Of a stretch of 64,000 bases of DNA, positions 26,029-35,574 are shown in pieces; positions within the stretch are counted from its first letter, which is position 1, and each line of letters begins with the position of its first letter. Source of the stretch: Actinomycetota bacterium. GTDB taxonomy: Bacteria > Actinomycetota > UBA4738. The stretch covers positions 71,202-135,201 of the forward strand of contig DASXAQ010000103.1 in the NCBI GenBank assembly GCA_036406615.1, read 5' to 3'. The notes under the pieces were generated by a model. That model was not told where the DNA came from, did not search any database, and saw only the letters and a program-made list of their open reading frames with translations. The translations under genes were made by a program, and so were the position numbers.

Positions 26029-27222
26029 ATGTCCCGCCGGGCTCCTGTAGGGATAGGGACCGTGCCTGGGCCACGGCTTCCCCACGCGGTCCGCTCGGCG
26101 GCGATCGCCGCCGCAGCCGTCGTGATCTCCCTCGCGGCGATCGTGCCCGTTCGTGCGGACACCCACAGCCAGCTGAGCAGCGCGCAGGCGAAGCTCAACT
26201 CCCTGATCAGGAAGGTCAAGGTGGCCCAGCGCGCCGAGAACGCCGTTCAGGCTCAGCTGACCGCGCTGGCCGCCCAGATCAGCGAAGTCCAGACGAAGAT
26301 GGCCGAGACGCAGGCCCGGATCCAACAGACGTCCAACCAGATCGCGGCCGCGCAGGCGGCCATCAACCGGCGACAGGGCGAGTTGGACGCCAGGGCCGCA
26401 GAGACCTACGAGGCGGGGCCGGCCAGCGAGCTCGAGCTGTTGCTGGGCTCCACGTCCATCGCCGACCTCACCGACCGGATCGAGCTGGCGGACGCCGCCG
26501 CGCGGTCGGACCAGGACCTGATCGACGCGCTGCACGACCAGCAGAACGTCCTTCGACAGCGCCAGACTCAGCTGCGGCAGCTGCAGGCCACGTTGCTGGC
26601 CCAGCAGGCGCAGCTGGAGCAACAGCAATCGGCGCTGAACGTGAAGCTCGCCGCCGCGAAGAAGGTGTTCGACCGGCTGGCGGGCGCCAAGCGGCAGGCC
26701 GAGAGGCTCGTGTCGACGCTGAAGCGACGGGCCGCCGCGGAGGCTCGCGCCGCGCTGGGGCGGGCCGTGTTCTTCGGCGGCGGGGGACCGAGCATCTCGG
26801 GCGTGCTCCTGACGTGCCCCGTCCGCGGGCCGCACGGCTACGTGGACGACTTCGGCGCGCCGCGACCCGGCCACATCCATGCCGGCGTCGACATGCAGGC
26901 CGGCGAGGGCACGCCCATCGTCGCGCCGTTCCCGGGCAATGCGGTGCGGACGTGGGATCCCGGCGGCGGCAACGGCGTGATGGTCTACGGCGCGCTCGGC
27001 TACGCCTACAACGCGCACCTGTCGAGCTACGGCACGCTCGGCAGCGTGAGCACCGGCACCGTCATCGGGTACGTCGGCGCCACGGGCGACGCGACCGGAC
27101 CCCACGACCACTTCGAGTGGCACCCGAACACGATCCCGGCTCACCCGTACGTGAGCCCATACGGCTACAGCGTGGTGGGGACCGCGATCGACCCGTTCCC
27201 GTATCTGAACTCGGTCTGCTAG
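26029..27222 (+). CDS. Secreted coiled-coil + M23 metallopeptidase (paralog of 23192..24409)
   Basis: Same architecture as the first M23 gene, with HAGVD and HDHFEWH motifs. It ends ...PFPYLNSVC*. Start at codon 27 of the track ORF; alternative starts 25951 and 25981. Confidence 0.8.
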   Translation: MSRRAPVGIGTVPGPRLPHAVRSAAIAAAAVVISLAAIVPVRADTHSQLSSAQAKLNSLIRKVKVAQRAENAVQAQLTALAAQISEVQTKMAETQARIQQTSNQIAAAQAAINRRQGELDARAAETYEAGPASELELLLGSTSIADLTDRIELADAAARSDQDLIDALHDQQNVLRQRQTQLRQLQATLLAQQAQLEQQQSALNVKLAAAKKVFDRLAGAKRQAERLVSTLKRRAAAEARAALGRAVFFGGGGPSISGVLLTCPVRGPHGYVDDFGAPRPGHIHAGVDMQAGEGTPIVAPFPGNAVRTWDPGGGNGVMVYGALGYAYNAHLSSYGTLGSVSTGTVIGYVGATGDATGPHDHFEWHPNTIPAHPYVSPYGYSVVGTAIDPFPYLNSVC

Positions 27223-27917
27223 CGACCCTCTGCCGGTTCGTCGTCCCGGGCTGGGGGCTTCGGGCTGCCGACGTCATCCGTGCCGGAACCCTGCTTCCGC
27301 CGCCCTCGGAACCGGTTCCAGGCCAGCCGTCCCAGGATCACGGCCGCCAGCAGCCCGAGCATGATCAGCCCGAACCGCGAGAGCACCCGGTCGATCACGT
27401 CCAGCCGGCGGCCGAAGACATACCCGAAGATCGAGATGCCGGCCGCCCACACCAGGATGGCCGGAACGTCGAACAGCAGGAACCGGCGGTACGGCATCCG
27501 CGACAGGCCCGCGACGAACGGCACGAACGCCCCGGCCGCGGTGGCGAAGCGCCCGATCGCCACCGTGCGTCCGCCGTTCTTGCGGAAGAAGGCTTCCGCC
27601 TGCGCCAGCCGGCCGGTCATGCGCGAGCCGAACGGGAGCCGCATCAGCAACGCCGCCCCGTAGCGCCGGCCCAGCCAGTACCCGATCGACTCGCCGACGC
27701 AGGCCGCCAGGGACGCGACCAGGATCACCAGCGGCAGCGCGAGCTGGCCCTTGGCCGAGTACACGCCGCCCAGGGCCAGGATGATGTCGCCGGGGATGAT
27801 CAGGCCGACGAAGACCGAGCGCTCGGCAAGCACGCCGCCGGCGATCACGGCGTAGCCCGCCACCGAGTACAGCGGCTCGATGAAATCGACGATCCGTTCG
27901 ACGAGCGCGGCAAGCAT
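27219..27917 (-). CDS. DedA/SNARE-associated family membrane protein
   Basis: Polytopic protein with DedA-like core GLIIPGDIILALGG. Confidence 0.8.
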   Translation of the reverse strand: MLAALVERIVDFIEPLYSVAGYAVIAGGVLAERSVFVGLIIPGDIILALGGVYSAKGQLALPLVILVASLAACVGESIGYWLGRRYGAALLMRLPFGSRMTGRLAQAEAFFRKNGGRTVAIGRFATAAGAFVPFVAGLSRMPYRRFLLFDVPAILVWAAGISIFGYVFGRRLDVIDRVLSRFGLIMLGLLAAVILGRLAWNRFRGRRKQGSGTDDVGSPKPPARDDEPAEGR

Positions 27918-27979
27918 GGGTCCCGTACTAGTCTTGCCGGGTTCGGCGCCGGAGACCAGCGTCCCGCAATGGAGGTCCG

Positions 27980-28843
27980 ATGAAGGCCGAAGACGTGTCG
28001 AAGGTGGGGGTGGTGGGCTGTGGACTCATGGGCTCGGGGATCGTCGAGGTCTGCGCCCGCGCGGGCCTCGGAGTCACGTTCGTCGAGGCCGACCAGGAGC
28101 GCGTGGCCAACGGTCAGCGCCTGATCGAGACCTCGCTCGGGCGCGCGGTGGACCGCGGGAAGCTGGAGGCCGGAGCGCGGGACGAGGCGCTTTCCCGGAT
28201 CGAGTCGTCCACCGACCTATCGGCCCTGGCCGATGCCGACCTGGTCATCGAGGCGGTGATCGAGCTGTCCGACGAGAAGCGCCGCGTCTTCGGGCGCCTG
28301 GACGAGGTCACCCGGCCCGAGGTCGTGCTGGCGTCGAACACGTCGTCGATCCCGATCGTCGACCTGGCGTCGGTGACGAAGCGGCCCGATCGCGTGCTGG
28401 GCATGCACTTCTTCAACCCACCGCCGGTGATGGGCCTGCTCGAGCTGGTGCGCTCGATCGAGACGTCCGACGAGACGATGGCGTTCGCGCGCGCCATGGG
28501 CGAACGGCTCGGCAAGCGTGTGGTGGTGGCCAAGGACCGGGCGGGGTTCATCGTCAACATGCTGCTGGTGCCGTACCTGAACGGCGCGATCCGCATGTTC
28601 GAAGAGGGCTTCGCCACCGCCGAGGACATCGACACGGCGATCTCGCTGGGGCTGAACCATCCGATGGGCCCGCTGACGCTGCTGGACTACATCGGCCTGG
28701 ACACGGCGATGCACGTCGCCGACGTCCTGTACGAGGAGTTCCGCGACCCGTCGTACGCGCCGCCGCCGCTGCTTCGGCGCATGGTCGCGGCCGGGCGGCT
28801 GGGGCGCAAAACGGGCCGCGGCTTCTACGACTACTCGGCGTAG
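27980..28843 (+). CDS. hbd: 3-hydroxybutyryl-CoA dehydrogenase (3-hydroxyacyl-CoA dehydrogenase family)
   Basis: VGVVGCGLMGSGI NAD-binding motif and HFFNPP signature. SD TGGAGGT before the ATG. Confidence 0.9.
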   Translation: MKAEDVSKVGVVGCGLMGSGIVEVCARAGLGVTFVEADQERVANGQRLIETSLGRAVDRGKLEAGARDEALSRIESSTDLSALADADLVIEAVIELSDEKRRVFGRLDEVTRPEVVLASNTSSIPIVDLASVTKRPDRVLGMHFFNPPPVMGLLELVRSIETSDETMAFARAMGERLGKRVVVAKDRAGFIVNMLLVPYLNGAIRMFEEGFATAEDIDTAISLGLNHPMGPLTLLDYIGLDTAMHVADVLYEEFRDPSYAPPPLLRRMVAAGRLGRKTGRGFYDYSA

Positions 28844-28850
28844 CGGTCGC

Positions 28851-29711
28851 GTGGCCGGCGCGATCACCGCCGACGTGAAGGCGATCGACCTGCATGTCCA
28901 CCTGCCGACCGAGGAGTGGCTGAGCCAGTCGATCGGGCCGTACCTGGAGGCGACGGAGGCGTACTTCCGCGCGAGGGTGCCGCGCAAGACGATCGAGGAC
29001 GTGGCCGAGGAGTACGCGTCGCGCGGGCTGCTCGGCGTGGTGCTCGACTGGGACGACCACACCGTCACCGGGCGGGGCTGGATGGGCAACGACTGGCTGG
29101 CGGCCCTGGAGACCCGGTTCCCCGGCGTGCTGATTGGCTTCGGGTCCGTCGACCCGCACGACCCCGCGGCGGAACAGGAGCTGCTGCGCTGCAAGGATCT
29201 CGGGCTGCGCGGGCTGAAGTTCCATCCGACCATGCAGCGCTTCGATCCGGCCGACGAGCGGTTCTATCCGCTGTGGGAGCGCGCGCAGGACCTTGGGCTG
29301 ATCGCGCTGTTCCACACGGGAACGTGCGGCATCGCGGCCGGCACGCCGGGCGCGGGCGGGACGAAGATCCGCTATTCGCACCCGGGCTTCCTCGACGCGG
29401 TCGGCGCGGACTTCCCCGGGCTGACCTTGATCGCGGCGCATTTCGGCTGGCCGTGGTTCATGGAGTGCCTGGCGATCGCGCTGCACAAGTCGAACGTGTT
29501 CATCGAGCTGTCGGGCTGGGCGCCGAGGTACCTGCCGCCGGAAGTTCGCCGCGAGGTCGGGCGCCGGCTGAACGCGCAGACGCTGTTCGGCAGCGACTAC
29601 CCGTTCATCTCGCTCGACCGGTGGTTCGCGGAGTTCGACGAGCTGGGCCTGGCTCCGAAGGCGAAGGAGGCCGTGCTCCGCGGCAACGCCGCGCGACTGC
29701 TGGCCGTCTGA
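28851..29711 (+). CDS. Amidohydrolase-2 family metal-dependent hydrolase (TIM barrel)
   Basis: IDLHVHLPTEEW (HxH) near the N-terminus and later His/Asp metal ligands (FHTG...AAHFGWPW...GSDYP). GTG start. Confidence 0.65.
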   Translation: MAGAITADVKAIDLHVHLPTEEWLSQSIGPYLEATEAYFRARVPRKTIEDVAEEYASRGLLGVVLDWDDHTVTGRGWMGNDWLAALETRFPGVLIGFGSVDPHDPAAEQELLRCKDLGLRGLKFHPTMQRFDPADERFYPLWERAQDLGLIALFHTGTCGIAAGTPGAGGTKIRYSHPGFLDAVGADFPGLTLIAAHFGWPWFMECLAIALHKSNVFIELSGWAPRYLPPEVRREVGRRLNAQTLFGSDYPFISLDRWFAEFDELGLAPKAKEAVLRGNAARLLAV

Positions 29712-29718
29712 GGCGCCC

Positions 29719-30648
29719 TCAGTCGATGCGCCCGAGGTAGCGGGCGACGAGCCCGTCCACGTACCCCCACATCTTCGCCGCGTCGATGAACGCCATCATC
29801 GCCGGCACGCCCACGGCCTCGGCCGCCGCGTCGCCGGGACGGCCGGCGCTCCATCGCCGCCGCGCCCGCCGAAACGGTCGCGCCGCGTAGGCGGCCGCAC
29901 CGGCGGCGGCCAGGCCCAGCAGGGCCGGCCGGCGCGACCGAAGCGCCACAAGCGCGAAACCGTACGTGACGAACCGGATCGCGTGGCGTTCGGGGTACAT
30001 GCCGGCGAGCGCGTCGCCCCGCGCGTAGCGAGCGTACTGGCGCCACGTGGCCGCCAGGGTGGGGCGCACGCGCCAGTACGTGACGGCGTCCGGGGCCAGG
30101 TCCATGCGCGTGCCGCCCGCCTGCAATCGGTGGTTGAGGTACATGTCCTCGCCCACCTCCAGCCACTCGGGGTAGCCGCCGGCGGCATCGAACGCGTCGC
30201 GGCGAAACGCGATCGAGCGGGCCGACGGCATCCAACCGGGCCGGAGCTCGTCGTCCTCCGGGAGTGCGGCCGCGGCGGCGCACCGCTGGAGCAACGACGT
30301 GGCGATCGGGCGGTAGAAGCCTGCGGAGATTGCGGCGCCCCGCTCCATCGGTTCGAGCAGGTGTTCGAGCCAATCGGGGGCCAGGACGCAGTCGGCGTCG
30401 GTCACCGCGATCACGTCGTGGGATGCGGAACGGATGGCCAGGTTCCGCCCGCGGGCGATGTTCGCGCCCGGCTCGGAGATCACCGTGAACTCAGGCGCCT
30501 CGCGAAGCGCCTCGAGCGTGCCGTCGGTCGAGCCGCCGTCGACGATCACCACCTCGTCGGGCGGCCGCGTCTGGGCGCGCACGGAGTCGATGAACTCCCG
30601 GATGTGCTCGCCCGCGTCCTTCACGGTGGCGATCAGCGAGACCTTCAC
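29719..30648 (-). CDS. Glycosyltransferase family 2
   Basis: VIVDGGSTDGT and DADCV (DxD) motifs. GTG start at 30648, which is 36 nt downstream of the GT4 stop with no SD. 309 aa. Confidence 0.75.
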   Translation of the reverse strand: MKVSLIATVKDAGEHIREFIDSVRAQTRPPDEVVIVDGGSTDGTLEALREAPEFTVISEPGANIARGRNLAIRSASHDVIAVTDADCVLAPDWLEHLLEPMERGAAISAGFYRPIATSLLQRCAAAAALPEDDELRPGWMPSARSIAFRRDAFDAAGGYPEWLEVGEDMYLNHRLQAGGTRMDLAPDAVTYWRVRPTLAATWRQYARYARGDALAGMYPERHAIRFVTYGFALVALRSRRPALLGLAAAGAAAYAARPFRRARRRWSAGRPGDAAAEAVGVPAMMAFIDAAKMWGYVDGLVARYLGRID

Positions 30649-30683
30649 ACCGGGGGGATCGTAGCGCGGGCGGGTCCCGCGCC

Positions 30684-31799
30684 CTAGGACACCTGCTTGT
30701 AGACCTCCAGGGTCCGCCTCGCCGTCTCCGTCCACGAATAGCCGGCCGCTCGAGCCAGGCCCGCCTCGCGCAGCCGGGCCGCGAGCGCGGCGTCGGTCGT
30801 CACGCGCTCCAGCGCGTCGGCCAGAGCCCCGGTCGAGCGCGGGTCCACCGGGACGGCCGCCTCGCCCGCCACCTCCGGCAGCGACGAGGATGTGGAGACC
30901 ACGCACGGAATGCCGCGCGCCATCGCGTCGAGCACCGGCAGGCCGAACCCCTCGTACAGCGACGGGTAGGCGAACGCGGCCGCGCCCCGGTACAGCGCGT
31001 CGAGGTCGGGCGCGGGGACGTGCCCGGTCAGCACGACCTCGCCGGGTCCGTCGATCTCCAGTTCGCGCATCAGCGACTGGGGGTGCCACCCCATGGGGCC
31101 GGCCAGCACGAGGGCGTGGGGCGCGCCGCTTGCCACCAGCCGGCGGTAGGCGCGCACCAGGCGGGTCAGGTTCTTGCGCGGTTCGAGCGTCCCGGCGAAC
31201 AGCACGTAGGGCGCGCGTACTTTCAACCGGTGCAGCACGTCGTCGACGTCGGCGTCGGTGTGGTCGAGCGACGGACCGAGCGGCACGACCCGCACGCGGG
31301 ACGGATCGATGCGGGTTCGGCGGACCAGGTCCTCCGCCGTGTGGCGGGACACGGCGATCACCGCGTCGGCCGTGCGGACCGCGCGGCGCAGGCCCGCCCG
31401 GAACATCAGCCTCCACTGCCGCGGGAAGGTCTCCGGCTCGGTCAGGAATGCCACGTCGTGGACGGTGACCACCAGGCGCTGTCGCGGGCCGGGCGGCGGG
31501 ACCGCCGACGGCGACGGGGCGTGTAGCAGGTCCAGGCCGCCGAGCGACGCCGGCAGCGCGGGCCGCTGCAGCAGCGCCCAGCGCGGGTAGAGCTGGCGGA
31601 TGCTGCCGGGCAGCTCTTCGATCCAGTAGTCGCGCATCCACCGTTCGGGACGGGCCTCGGGGATGCGCGCGTGGAACAGAGCGACCTGCATCGACGGGTC
31701 CTGTTCGACCAGCGCCGGGACCAGCCGGCGGACGTAGGACCCGATGCCGCCCGGCACGGGGTACAGGCACTGGTCGACGTGGAAGGCGAGCGTGGTCAC
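30684..31799 (-). CDS. Glycosyltransferase family 4 (GT-B, PimA/PimB-like)
   Basis: [18 protein letters not shown] motif. 371 aa. GTG start. Confidence 0.8.
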   Translation of the reverse strand: MTTLAFHVDQCLYPVPGGIGSYVRRLVPALVEQDPSMQVALFHARIPEARPERWMRDYWIEELPGSIRQLYPRWALLQRPALPASLGGLDLLHAPSPSAVPPPGPRQRLVVTVHDVAFLTEPETFPRQWRLMFRAGLRRAVRTADAVIAVSRHTAEDLVRRTRIDPSRVRVVPLGPSLDHTDADVDDVLHRLKVRAPYVLFAGTLEPRKNLTRLVRAYRRLVASGAPHALVLAGPMGWHPQSLMRELEIDGPGEVVLTGHVPAPDLDALYRGAAAFAYPSLYEGFGLPVLDAMARGIPCVVSTSSSLPEVAGEAAVPVDPRSTGALADALERVTTDAALAARLREAGLARAAGYSWTETARRTLEVYKQVS

Positions 31800-31817
31800 G
31801 CGGCGGCCCGCATGGAG

Positions 31818-32066
31818 CTAGCGCGGGTCTCGCGAGGACGCGTCGCGCGGAGTCGCGTCGCCTCGCGACCACGGCCGGGCAACGGCGCCGCGCCAGCCGC
31901 CGGGGCTGCCGGCTCGCGGGCGACCACGCCCGCGCCCGTCTTCGCGCCGGCCGGCCTGCGCCCACGCGTGGGGGTCGCCGGACGACGCCCGGGCGAGCTC
32001 GTCGATGGCCGCCTGGACGATCCTTCGCTCTCGCGCCGACAGATCGTCGGGGATCTCGTATGGCAT
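31818..32066 (-). CDS. Small hypothetical protein (82 aa) immediately downstream of accD; positional candidate for an acyl-CoA carboxylase epsilon-like subunit
   Basis: ATG 13 nt after the accD stop. The product MPYEIPDDLSARERRIVQAAIDELARA... shows no strong family motif. Assignment is by position only. Confidence 0.3.
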   Translation of the reverse strand: MPYEIPDDLSARERRIVQAAIDELARASSGDPHAWAQAGRREDGRGRGRPRAGSPGGWRGAVARPWSRGDATPRDASSRDPR

Positions 32067-32079
32067 GCCCGTGCTCCGG

Positions 32080-33729
32080 CTAGAGCGGGATGTTGCCGTG
32101 CTTGCGAGAGGGGCCAGCCTCCCGCTTCGACAGCAGCATGCGAAGCGAGCGCACCAGCCGCGACCGGGTCTCGGCCGGCTCGATCACGTCGTCGACGAAC
32201 CCGCGCTCGGCGGCGATGTACGGGTTGCCGAACTGCTCCTCGTAGTCCGCGATCAGCTCGCGCCGCTTCGCGTCCGGGCTCTCGGCGCCCTGGATCTCGC
32301 GGCGGAAGATGACGTTCACGGCGCCCTCCGAGCCCATCACGGCGATCTCGGCCGTCGGCCACGCCAGGTTCACGTCCGAGCGCAGGTGTTTCGAGTTCAT
32401 GACCACGTACGCGCCCCCGTACGCCTTGCGCGTGATGACAGTCATCTTCGGGACGGTCGCCTCGCTGAACGCGTACAGCAGCTTCGCGCCGCGCCGGATG
32501 ATGCCGCCGTACTCCTGCGCGGTGCCGGGCAGGAACCCCGGCACGTCCTCGAACGCGATCAGCGGGACGTTGAACGCGTCGCAGAAGCGGATGAACCTGG
32601 CCGCCTTCTCGCTGGACTCGTAGTCCAGCGTGCCGGCCAGCACCTTGGGCTGGTTCGCCACGATGCCCACCGGGTGGCCGTCGAGGCGCGCGAACCCGAT
32701 CAGGATGTTCATGGCCCACAGGGGGAAGACCTCGTAGAACTCGCCGCCGTCGAAGATCCGGCGGATGACGTCCTTCATGTCGTACGGCTCGCGCGCGGAG
32801 TCCGGGACGATGTCGTTCAGCGCGTCGTCGCGGCGGTCGGGGTCGTCGGTCGGTGCGAACCGCGGCGGGTCCTCCAGGTTGTTCGACGGTAGGAACGACA
32901 GCAGGTAGCGGATCTGCGCCAGGCAGTTCGCCTCGTCGTCGGCGACGAAGCTGGCCATCCCCGAGCGCGTCGCGTGCGTCATCGCGCCGCCGAGCTCCTC
33001 GAACGTCACGTCCTCCCCGGTCACCGCCTTGATCACGTCGGGGCCGGTGATGAACATGTACGACGTGCCCTTCACCATGTAGACGAAGTCGGTGATGGCG
33101 GGGGAGTACACGGCTCCGCCGGCGCATGGGCCCATGATCACCGAGATCTGCGGGATCACGCCCGACGCGCGCACGTTGCGGTCGAACACGTCGCCGTAGC
33201 CGCCGAGCGACGCGACGCCCTCCTGGATGCGGGCGCCGCCCGAGTCGTTGATGCCGACGATCGGCGCGCCGGTCTCCATGGCCAGGTCCTGAATCTTCGA
33301 GATCTTCCCCGCCTGGATCTCGCCGAGGGATCCGCCGAAGACCGTGAAGTCCTGGCTGTAGACGAACACCTTCCGCCCGTCGATCGTGCCCCAGCCGGTG
33401 ACGACGCCGTCGCCGAAGGGCCGCACGCGGTCCAGGCCGTAGGTCCCGTAGCGATGGCGCGCGAGGGCGTCCATCTCGACGAACGATCCCTCGTCCACCA
33501 GCAGGTCGATGCGCTCGCGCGCGGTGAGCTTGCCGCGGGCGTGCTGGCGGTCGATCGCCTCGGCGCCGCCCCCCAGGCCGGCCTCCTCGCGCTGGCGTCT
33601 CAGGTAGTCGATGCGCTGGCGGACCGAGGCCTGGCCGGACGGCGACGGTTGCGCCGCAACGTCGTCGCCGACCGTCATGTCGTCTGGCTCGTCCTCGGCC
33701 GTGTCGCGTTCCTGCTTGGTATCGGCCAT
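32080..33729 (-). CDS. accD: Acyl-CoA carboxylase carboxyltransferase (beta) subunit, propionyl-CoA carboxylase-like
   Basis: Full carboxyltransferase N and C domains ([26 protein letters not shown]). 549 aa. Confidence 0.9.
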   Translation of the reverse strand: MADTKQERDTAEDEPDDMTVGDDVAAQPSPSGQASVRQRIDYLRRQREEAGLGGGAEAIDRQHARGKLTARERIDLLVDEGSFVEMDALARHRYGTYGLDRVRPFGDGVVTGWGTIDGRKVFVYSQDFTVFGGSLGEIQAGKISKIQDLAMETGAPIVGINDSGGARIQEGVASLGGYGDVFDRNVRASGVIPQISVIMGPCAGGAVYSPAITDFVYMVKGTSYMFITGPDVIKAVTGEDVTFEELGGAMTHATRSGMASFVADDEANCLAQIRYLLSFLPSNNLEDPPRFAPTDDPDRRDDALNDIVPDSAREPYDMKDVIRRIFDGGEFYEVFPLWAMNILIGFARLDGHPVGIVANQPKVLAGTLDYESSEKAARFIRFCDAFNVPLIAFEDVPGFLPGTAQEYGGIIRRGAKLLYAFSEATVPKMTVITRKAYGGAYVVMNSKHLRSDVNLAWPTAEIAVMGSEGAVNVIFRREIQGAESPDAKRRELIADYEEQFGNPYIAAERGFVDDVIEPAETRSRLVRSLRMLLSKREAGPSRKHGNIPL

Positions 33730-33797
33730 GACCAGGGGAGTCTATCCCCTCCTCGCGCGTCGCCCTCGAACGGGCCAGGGATGTCGGTGGGGGTTCC

Positions 33798-33803
33798 TAC
33801 GAT
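33798..33803 (+). promoter_or_regulatory. Candidate -10 hexamer TACGAT placed 6 nt upstream of ATG 33810 (leaderless-mRNA configuration)
   Basis: TANNNT hexamer, then a 6-nt spacer, then the A of the start codon. There is no SD upstream of 33810. Confidence 0.3.
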
Positions 33804-33809
33804 GCATCC

Positions 33810-34754
33810 ATGTCTCCGCTCACCTCCGTTCAGGCACATACCTTGCGGGAGCTCATGGGCGTGGGCGCGATCCCGGCCCACGATCAGGGCCTGATCCGCG
33901 AGGCCCGCGTTCGCCTCGATTCGGCGCTCGACGGAATCCTGCCGGCGGGGCCGGCCGAGCCGCTGTGGCTGTCGAAGGGTGCCCTGACCGACGCGCAGCG
34001 GTGCGAGGGCCTGTTCGCCGCCAGGCTCGGCGGCGAAGGGCCGGCGTTCGTGCACTCCGAGCGGTCGGCCGCCGGATCGCTGTTCCACCGCTGCATCGAG
34101 GTCGACGTGGGCAGCCGCGGCCGCGCCGACGTCTGGGAGGTCGCGACCCGGGCGGCCGAGCGGCTGGCTCGCGACGACCGGGCGTTCGCTGCCCACTGGC
34201 ATGCGACGGACGAGCTGGACCGCTCGGGACTGCTGGCCGACGCAGCGCGCAACGTGGAGCTGTTCCGGGCGTCGTTCCCGCCGCTCGGCCCGGGCGGGCA
34301 TGCCGTGCCGCTGCCGGAGCTCCGGCTGCGCGCGCCGGTCGCCGGCGGCCGCGTGGTGCTGACCGGGCGCGTCGACCTCCTGCTGGTGCTCGCGTCCGAG
34401 GCGTCCGGCGTGGAGCCGAACCGGCTGGCGATCGACCTGAAGTCGGGCGCCGCACATCCGGAGCACGCCGAGGACATGCGCCTCTACGCGCTGTTGATTG
34501 GCCTTCGCTACGGGACGCCGCCGGTCCGCGTCGCGACGGTGTTCCTGGAGTCGGGCCAGTGGCAGTCCGAGGACGTGACCGAGCGAACGCTCGGCCGCGC
34601 CGTGGATCGCGTGGTGGAGGCGGCCGCGGCGTGGGCGCGTCTGTCCGGCGTGGGCGCCGCCCCCGAGCTGCGGCCGGGGCCGCACTGCGGCTGGTGCCCG
34701 AGGCGCGCCGGGTGTCCCGCCGCTGAGGCGGCGGCGGTTGTGGCAGCGACGTGA
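33810..34754 (+). CDS. PD-(D/E)xK nuclease superfamily protein, Cas4/RecB-like with 4-Cys Fe-S motif
   Basis: Motif III IDLKSG (D-x-K). An N-terminal Cys plus C-terminal CGWCPRRAGC (C-x2-C-x5-C), typical of Cas4/AddB-type iron-staple nucleases. 314 aa. Confidence 0.6.
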   Translation: MSPLTSVQAHTLRELMGVGAIPAHDQGLIREARVRLDSALDGILPAGPAEPLWLSKGALTDAQRCEGLFAARLGGEGPAFVHSERSAAGSLFHRCIEVDVGSRGRADVWEVATRAAERLARDDRAFAAHWHATDELDRSGLLADAARNVELFRASFPPLGPGGHAVPLPELRLRAPVAGGRVVLTGRVDLLLVLASEASGVEPNRLAIDLKSGAAHPEHAEDMRLYALLIGLRYGTPPVRVATVFLESGQWQSEDVTERTLGRAVDRVVEAAAAWARLSGVGAAPELRPGPHCGWCPRRAGCPAAEAAAVVAAT

Positions 34755-34773
34755 CCGGTGGGCCGACGGCGGC

Positions 34774-35574
34774 TCACGAGATGACGGTCACCACCAGCCG
34801 GCCGGCCAGCAGGGCGGTCACGTTCAGCGCCGCGTGGGCGATGATCGGCGCCACGACCGAGTTCGCCCGGAGGCGAAGCCACGCGAACCCCACGCCGGCC
34901 GCCGAGGTGGCGGCCACGGTGCCGATGACGGCGCCGGTCGTTCGAAGCGCGCTGCCTTCGACCAACGCGCCGGCCGGGTTCAGGTGCAGCGTGTCCAACG
35001 TCGGGAACACGTGCCAGAGGCCGAACAGCAGCGAACTCACGACGACGGCGGACAGCGGCGTTCGGCGCCGCAGCAGCATCCCGAGCATGGCGCCGCGGAA
35101 GATGACCTCCTCGCACACGGCCGTCCCGAGCGGGATCCGAACCAACGCGTCGTAGACGACCGTGCCGGCCCCGAGGCCGATCACGCGCTGGTCCGCGAAG
35201 TAGCGCCGGGACGCCGGCACGGCGACCCCGAGCGCGACGACCGCGGCGATGGGTGCGGCGGCAGCGAGTCCGACCCGCAGACCGCGCCCCGCGCGGTCCG
35301 GCCGCAGGCCCATGTCCGTCCACGTCGCGCCGGTCCCGCGCCCGAGCGCGATGAAGGCGGCGGCCGCGGCGGCGTTGCCGGGGATGTACCAGGAGTCGGG
35401 GATGACGCGGTTGACGATCCAGCTGTAGGCCAGCGTCAGCGCGCCGGCGATCTCGAGCCCGCCCCACAGCGGATGCGCCGCGGGCCGGTCGCGCCAGTGG
35501 CGCCGGCGCCAGAGCTCGTCGGTCCGTTGGAGCGAACGGCCGCTGCCCTCGGCCCGGGCGGCCGAAGCGCTCAC
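34774..35574 (-). CDS. CPBP-family intramembrane metalloprotease (CAAX protease / bacteriocin-processing family)
   Basis: Motifs EEVIFRG, FGLWH and HAALN in successive TM helices. The GTG start at 35574 overlaps the upstream TGA stop (GTGA). 266 aa. Confidence 0.7.
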   Translation of the reverse strand: MSASAARAEGSGRSLQRTDELWRRRHWRDRPAAHPLWGGLEIAGALTLAYSWIVNRVIPDSWYIPGNAAAAAAFIALGRGTGATWTDMGLRPDRAGRGLRVGLAAAAPIAAVVALGVAVPASRRYFADQRVIGLGAGTVVYDALVRIPLGTAVCEEVIFRGAMLGMLLRRRTPLSAVVVSSLLFGLWHVFPTLDTLHLNPAGALVEGSALRTTGAVIGTVAATSAAGVGFAWLRLRANSVVAPIIAHAALNVTALLAGRLVVTVIS

